64,000 nt of DNA from Hyalangium minutum (GTDB taxonomy: Bacteria; Myxococcota; Myxococcia; Myxococcales; Myxococcaceae), in the NCBI RefSeq assembly GCF_000737315.1, contig NZ_JMCB01000001.1, positions 434,001 to 498,000 on the forward strand, written 5' to 3'. A program made the position numbers and the translations under genes. The notes under the pieces were generated by a model. That model was not told where the DNA came from. It made no database searches and was given only the letters and a program-made list of their open reading frames with translations. Of the stretch, positions 59,247 through 64,000 are shown piece by piece (the first letter of the stretch is position 1; each line of letters opens with the position of its first letter).

Positions 59247-60008
59247 CCACGCCTCCGTTTGCTTCTCGCCTGCTACCGAATCTAGCACCCGCCGGACCTC
59301 GTGGCTTGCACCTGGACCTCCAACTTCCAGCAGGTAGTGCACCACCGCACGCAGTTCCTTCGGTCCCTCGGGAGTCGCATACACCTCAGCGAACAATCCC
59401 TTCCAAGCCAGCAGTCGCTGCGCCAGCTCTTGGCTTCGTCCCCCTCGCAGAAGCACCAGCACCAGCCTCACCAGCGGGGGCCCCCACCGCGCCCGCAGCG
59501 CCTCTTCCCGCTCACGCGTCAGGTCATCCACCAGATACTCAAAGCGCGGAACCACACCCCGCCACCACTCCGTTGCTTCGCCCTCCGGCAGCGGAAACAG
59601 CGACTCCAACTGCCTCGCCGCTGTCCACCCTCCGTTGGCCCCGTGGAACATCACTACCGGAATGATGACGGGCAGTACCTCGCTCTTCGGATGCTTCTGA
59701 CGCCAGTGCACCAGCTGGCGCACCACGTACTGCAGCATCCTCAGCGCCATCCATCGATCCACAGTCGATTGGTGCTCTAGCAACAGGTAGAGCAGCAACG
59801 GCTCCCCGCCATGAAGTCGGGCCGAGAACAACAAGTCGCTCTGGCTCTCCCGGAGTTCCTCGTCCACCACGCTGCCGGACTCGCGCCGCAGGCTGCTCCA
59901 ATCGATCTGCGCCACCACCTGGGGCGGCAAGACCGCGCGGAGCTCCGCCGCTGCTCGCTCGGGGTGCTCAAACGTGAAGCGCACCAGTTGATCGTGAGGA
60001 CCCGGCAT
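59010..60008 (-). CDS. Rpn family (YhgA-like) PD-(D/E)xK nuclease
   Basis: HDQL..F.HPE, ESQSDLLFSA, YLLLEHQST.DRWMALRMLQY, IIPVVMFHG. Confidence 0.92.
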   Translation of the reverse strand: MPGPHDQLVRFTFEHPERAAAELRAVLPPQVVAQIDWSSLRRESGSVVDEELRESQSDLLFSARLHGGEPLLLYLLLEHQSTVDRWMALRMLQYVVRQLVHWRQKHPKSEVLPVIIPVVMFHGANGGWTAARQLESLFPLPEGEATEWWRGVVPRFEYLVDDLTREREEALRARWGPPLVRLVLVLLRGGRSQELAQRLLAWKGLFAEVYATPEGPKELRAVVHYLLEVGGPGASHEVRRVLDSVAGEKQTEAWMKTMGQILREEGRAIGLEEGLLKGRALERAEGVLRILEVRGIAVTAKARQRVLACSDLDTLDRWFRRAATATRLSEVW

Positions 60009-60185
60009 CGAGGCCCGGTGCCCAGCACGAGGCGTGCCAACCTCGCGACACAACGGCAAGGCAGGCACGCCCCGAGCGGTCAGTGCGCAGCTCTCCCTCT
60101 CTCTGAGCCGAGCGCCGCCGCGAACCGTCTCTCCCCGTGGACGGGGGGTCCATCCCGCGGGACGGTCCCCCTCCCCTACGACTCG

Positions 60186-60617
60186 TCAGTGCAGCGTCCG
60201 CTTCAGGCGGCTCATCCGCTCGTGCGTGCGCTTCTGCTTGGGCAGCAACTCCATGCGGACGAAGCGGCGTGCATCCCCGTGCACCTGATCCGCGTCCCGC
60301 TGGTAGTCCGCCAGGCCGTGGTCCTCGCCCTCCTCCAGCACCTGGATGGCGGCCTTGTCACCGATCAGATCCGCGCCGCCCTGCACCACCTTCGCGAAGA
60401 TCCCCCAGGGCCCCGAGCCCTCGGCCGGCTTGCCGCCCAGCCTCTCGATACGCTCCCGGATCGCCGCTACGCGCTCCTCGTGATCCTTCTGGCAGTCTTC
60501 CAACTGAGAGCGCAGCCGTTCGTCCGAGATGCGTCCGATCGCTTGGCGATACGTCTCCACCGCGGAGATCTCCCCCCGCAGGAACGAGTTGAGCGTCTCG
60601 ACTTCATTTTGAGCCAT
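60186..60617 (-). CDS. DUF2383/PA2169-like four-helix ferritin-like protein
   Basis: LNSFLRGEISAVETY..A, H..R...I.ERI..LGG.P, EEGEDHG..DY. Confidence 0.8.
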   Translation of the reverse strand: MAQNEVETLNSFLRGEISAVETYRQAIGRISDERLRSQLEDCQKDHEERVAAIRERIERLGGKPAEGSGPWGIFAKVVQGGADLIGDKAAIQVLEEGEDHGLADYQRDADQVHGDARRFVRMELLPKQKRTHERMSRLKRTLH

Positions 60618-60735
60618 GCGTTTCCTCCTCGTGGAGTTGTCCGCGAAAAGGTGCGGCATTCCCCACGAGCGGCAACAGCCGCCCCCCCCCACGCTCCTCA
60701 AGAGGGCAACAAGGAGCCCGTCCGCCCGTCCGCCC

Positions 60736-62058
60736 TCAAGGCTTGCCCAGCAGCTCCAGCGCACCCGTCACCAGCGTGGTGACGCCCGTGCGCAGCGTCC
60801 GCTCCCGATCCGGAGCAAACAGCCCCGAGTGCAACGACGGCAGTACCTCCCCCGCCTTCTGTGCCGCCTGGTGCTTGGACGGCTCCACCGTGCCGATCCA
60901 CAGCATCACCGCCGGTACTCCCGCGCGGCCGTACTCGGAGAAGTCCTCGCCTCCCATCGTCGGGGTGCCCTCGCGCACGTTCTGCGCCCCCAGCGCCCGG
61001 CCCACCACCGGCACCAGCCGCTTCATCAGCTCCGGATCGTTGTACGTGGCCGACGTGCCCTCGGTGATGGCGATGGAGGGCGGACGCGGCGAGCCGGCCG
61101 CCATGGATTCGCCCTTGGCGATGCGCTCGATGGCCTCGAGGATCTGCTTGCGCACCTCCGGCTTGTACGTGCGCACCGTGAGCTGGAGCTTCACCTCATC
61201 CGGGATGATGTTGTGCTTCGTCCCTCCGTGGATGGAGCCCACCGTCACCACCGCAGGCTCCAGCGGGCTCTTCTCGCGGCTGACAATCGTCTGCAGCGCC
61301 AGCACCGTCCGAGCCGCCAGCAGCACCGGATCCACCGTGGTGTGCGGGTACGCCCCGTGCCCACCCTTGCCATAGAGCGTGACGTCCACCGAGTCCACGC
61401 TCGCCAGCGCGTAGCCCGGCACGTACTCCACCGTCCCAGCCGCCGCGCTGGCCGAGTTGTGCACCGCCAGCGCGAAGTCCGGCTTGGGGAAGCGCTGGAA
61501 GAGCCCAGCCGCCAGCATCGTCCGCGCCCCCGCGCCCGCCTCCTCGGCAGGCTGCCCCACCATCATCACCGTCCCCCGCCACCGATCCTTGGAGCGAGCC
61601 AGCAGCGTCGCGGCCCCCACCCACGCCGTCATGTGCACGTCATGCCCGCAGGCGTGCATCACCGGCACGCTCTGCCCCGACGGATCCTTCGCCTTCACCT
61701 TGCTCGCGTGCGGCAGCCCCGTCTTCTCCTCCACCGGCAGCGCGTCCAGGTCCGTGCGCAGCATCACCGTGGGGCCCTTGCCGTTGCGCAGAATGCCCAC
61801 CACACCGTGCCCACCCACCTTCTGCGTCACCTCGAAGCCCAGGGCGCGCAGCCGCTCGGCCATCTTCGCGGCCGTCTTCTCCTCCTGCGTGGACAACTCC
61901 GGGGACTGGTGAAGGTTCAGGTAGAGCGCGTCGAGTTCCGGGTACAGCGCGTCCAGCCCCTGCAGCGCCGCCGGAGCGGAAGGAACCGGCTCCGCGGCAA
62001 GCGCGCTCCCTGCCAGCGCGAGAAGAGCGAACACCCACCGAGCAGACCGTCGCAGCAC
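60736..62058 (-). CDS. Secreted M20D amidohydrolase
   Basis: GGGAGG before GTG 62058, signal peptide, LRTDLDALPV, MHACGHD, QPAEE, GGHGAYPH, GGEDFS. Confidence 0.92.
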   Translation of the reverse strand: MLRRSARWVFALLALAGSALAAEPVPSAPAALQGLDALYPELDALYLNLHQSPELSTQEEKTAAKMAERLRALGFEVTQKVGGHGVVGILRNGKGPTVMLRTDLDALPVEEKTGLPHASKVKAKDPSGQSVPVMHACGHDVHMTAWVGAATLLARSKDRWRGTVMMVGQPAEEAGAGARTMLAAGLFQRFPKPDFALAVHNSASAAAGTVEYVPGYALASVDSVDVTLYGKGGHGAYPHTTVDPVLLAARTVLALQTIVSREKSPLEPAVVTVGSIHGGTKHNIIPDEVKLQLTVRTYKPEVRKQILEAIERIAKGESMAAGSPRPPSIAITEGTSATYNDPELMKRLVPVVGRALGAQNVREGTPTMGGEDFSEYGRAGVPAVMLWIGTVEPSKHQAAQKAGEVLPSLHSGLFAPDRERTLRTGVTTLVTGALELLGKP

Positions 62059-62183
62059 GTTTCCTCCCAGTTCCGAGATGGACCCGGTGATTACCACAGC
62101 CGCGCTCCCGGGTCGGGCCCCAAGCTCCACCCAGGAGGTCCCCCCTTTCTCGGCCTCATGGGGATGCAGTACGTTCCCCGCCC

Positions 62184-63158
62184 ATGCGCCATTGGTGGTG
62201 GTTGTGCCTCCTGCCTGCGCTGTGCTGGGCCGAGCCCTTGAAGCTCGCCGTCCCGGGTCTGTCCGTCGTCGACGTGGACTCCCAGCGCACCACCTTCCTG
62301 GCCGAGCACCTCGCCCAGGAGCTCTCCGACGAGGGCGCGCAGGTGGTGAGCTCCCAGGACCTCGCGGTGATGCTGGGCCTGGACCGCCAGCGCCAGCTGA
62401 TGGGCTGCTCCGGGGGCAAGTGCATCACCGAGCTGACCAGCACCTTGGGCGTGGATGCGCTGGTGACCGGAGAAGTGGCCCGCCTGTCAGGCGAGCGCTT
62501 CCAGCTCAACCTGCGCATGCTCGACGCCACCACGGGCCAGCGCGTGAAGACGTACACGAAGCGCGTGGTCGGCTTCGAGAAGATCCTCGACGAGATGTCC
62601 AAGGCGGCGCGGATCTTTGTCATCGCGGGCAACAAGAAGTTTGGCCGGAACTCGTCGCGCCAGAATCCCGTCACAAGCCCCCGTGTGGAGCCTCGCACGC
62701 CCTCGCCCACCCAGGCGCCCGTGGCGGAAGCATCCCCTCTCGAGACATCTCCTGAACCACAGCCGGACGCCACCGAGCCCCCGCCCGCCCCCGCGCCCAC
62801 GGCCACTGTGCCCCGCCAGCCGGTTCAGCCCACCAGCTCGGTGCGCCAGTGGGCCTGGTTGCCCATGGCCGCGGGCGGCGTCGCCCTGGGCACGGGGGTC
62901 TTCTTCTTCCTCGGCGCCGATGCCAAATACAAGGAGCTGACGGACGGAGAGGATCGCTCCATTCAAGCCGCCCGTGCCATCAAGGACTCCGGAAAGAACC
63001 AGCAGAACCTGGCGCGGATCGGCCTCAGCGTGGGCGTCACGCTGCTCGTCACAGGCGGGGCCATGGCGCTGGTCGGCGGGCCGACCTCGCTGGAGCCACA
63101 GGTGTCGGTGGGGCAGAACCGGGTCTCTCTGGGCTTCGCGGGGGAACTGCCATGGTGA
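62184..63158 (+). CDS. Secreted protein with Pro-rich linker and C-terminal hydrophobic segments
   Basis: Signal peptide, N-terminal domain with CSGGKCITEL Cys pair, PAP-rich linker. Confidence 0.75.
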   Translation: MRHWWWLCLLPALCWAEPLKLAVPGLSVVDVDSQRTTFLAEHLAQELSDEGAQVVSSQDLAVMLGLDRQRQLMGCSGGKCITELTSTLGVDALVTGEVARLSGERFQLNLRMLDATTGQRVKTYTKRVVGFEKILDEMSKAARIFVIAGNKKFGRNSSRQNPVTSPRVEPRTPSPTQAPVAEASPLETSPEPQPDATEPPPAPAPTATVPRQPVQPTSSVRQWAWLPMAAGGVALGTGVFFFLGADAKYKELTDGEDRSIQAARAIKDSGKNQQNLARIGLSVGVTLLVTGGAMALVGGPTSLEPQVSVGQNRVSLGFAGELPW

Positions 63159-64000
63159 ATTCGAGACTCCTGAGGTGGGGAGGACTGCTCGCCTTCGTGG
63201 GCTGTCTTGTGGCGGTCACCAATTGTCATGACTTCGAGGAGGCCTTCGAGGCCTGCAAGGCCAACGGCGACTGCTTCCCCGATGAAGACAATGACGGCGT
63301 GGCCGATGCGTTCGACGGCTGCCCCAGCGACAAGAAAGCGCCCCTCGCGGGAGATCTGCGGGCGGGCAAGTGCGACCCGTCTTCCCAGCTGTGTCTGAGG
63401 CACGAGTGCCCCATCGAAGGGGATTACGAGTTCTCCGGGCTCTGGGGGAGCAGTGCCACGGACGTGATCCTGGCGGCACGCTCGCTGTCCTTGAGCCCGG
63501 CTTGGTTCGTCCGCTTCGGCGGCACCACCTTCACCTCGGAGGAGGTCGCGGACACGGGCTTCCAGCCGTGGCGGCTCCACGGCTCCAGCGCCACCAACCT
63601 GTGGGCCATCAATGAGTCCGCCGGCGCCTGCAGCGTCCGCAAGCTCGCCGTGGCACTCCCAGACGGGGGGCCAGACGATGGCGGCGTGGTCACAGCCCCG
63701 GATCCAGAGGATGGCGGCGTGGTCACAGCCCCAGATGTCGATGCAGGCACCGATGCAGGCACGGGTGGCTCCCCGGATTCGGGGACGGGTGGACCGGCAG
63801 ACTCGGGGACCGTGGTGACTCCAGATGCAGGCCCCATCGACAACACGGACGCGGGCCCCATCGACAACACGGACGCGGGCCCCATCGACAACACGGACGC
63901 GGGCGTGGACGGAGGAACGGGGAGCCCAGATGCTGGCACTGGCACGGTGAATTGCCCGTCGCCCGTCTACCGCTTCACGGACGGCACTTGGACGCAGGTC
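63152..64000 (+). CDS. Probable lipoprotein with DAG/DGG low-complexity repeats; 3' end beyond the window
   Basis: Manual translation MVNSRLLRWGGLLAFVGCLVAVTNC...LWGSSATDV...; start overlaps the upstream stop; open to the window end. Confidence 0.75.
   Translation, partial: MVNSRLLRWGGLLAFVGCLVAVTNCHDFEEAFEACKANGDCFPDEDNDGVADAFDGCPSDKKAPLAGDLRAGKCDPSSQLCLRHECPIEGDYEFSGLWGSSATDVILAARSLSLSPAWFVRFGGTTFTSEEVADTGFQPWRLHGSSATNLWAINESAGACSVRKLAVALPDGGPDDGGVVTAPDPEDGGVVTAPDVDAGTDAGTGGSPDSGTGGPADSGTVVTPDAGPIDNTDAGPIDNTDAGPIDNTDAGVDGGTGSPDAGTGTVNCPSPVYRFTDGTWTQV
63824..63904 (+). repeat. 24-bp tandem repeat, about 3.3 copies (DAGPIDNT)
   Basis: GCGGGCCCCATCGACAACACGGAC repeated. Confidence 0.9.

Overview
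High-GC DNA that looks myxobacterial (pilA-like pilin, ELWxxDGT repeat proteins, MYXO-CTERM-like tail, Ser/Thr kinases, many lipoproteins). No rRNA, complete tRNA or CRISPR array was found. Most long ORFs antisense to the calls below are GC-rich shadow frames. From 1-28 kb: patatin-like protein, orphan pilin with a sigma54-type promoter, a secreted metalloprotease cluster, a membrane-anchored Ras-like GTPase pair, P450 with a ferredoxin-reductase fusion, a subtilase with a 7-repeat lectin-like propeller, and a beta-propeller histidine kinase. From 29-34.5 kb: a tandem duplication of a kinase plus divergent Cys-rich lipoprotein; the kinase C-termini have diverged and the second lipoprotein carries a 716-bp deletion. 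From 34.6-40.2 kb is the most unusual segment, a degenerate island with three nested pairs of direct repeats: 144-bp triple-dyad modules, orphan tmRNA-3'-end att-like sites, and IS91-like transposase tails. It also holds an integrase tail, orphan gene 3' ends, a dipeptidase-family cargo gene and a candidate lipoprotein toxin/immunity pair. From 40-64 kb: a LysM-CHAP-like-PG-binding-GH19 lysin, GH15, FGGY kinase plus S1P-lyase-like enzyme, pgm, an Rpn nuclease with an internal start signal, and an M20 amidohydrolase. All calls come from motif reading by eye; no database searches were run.
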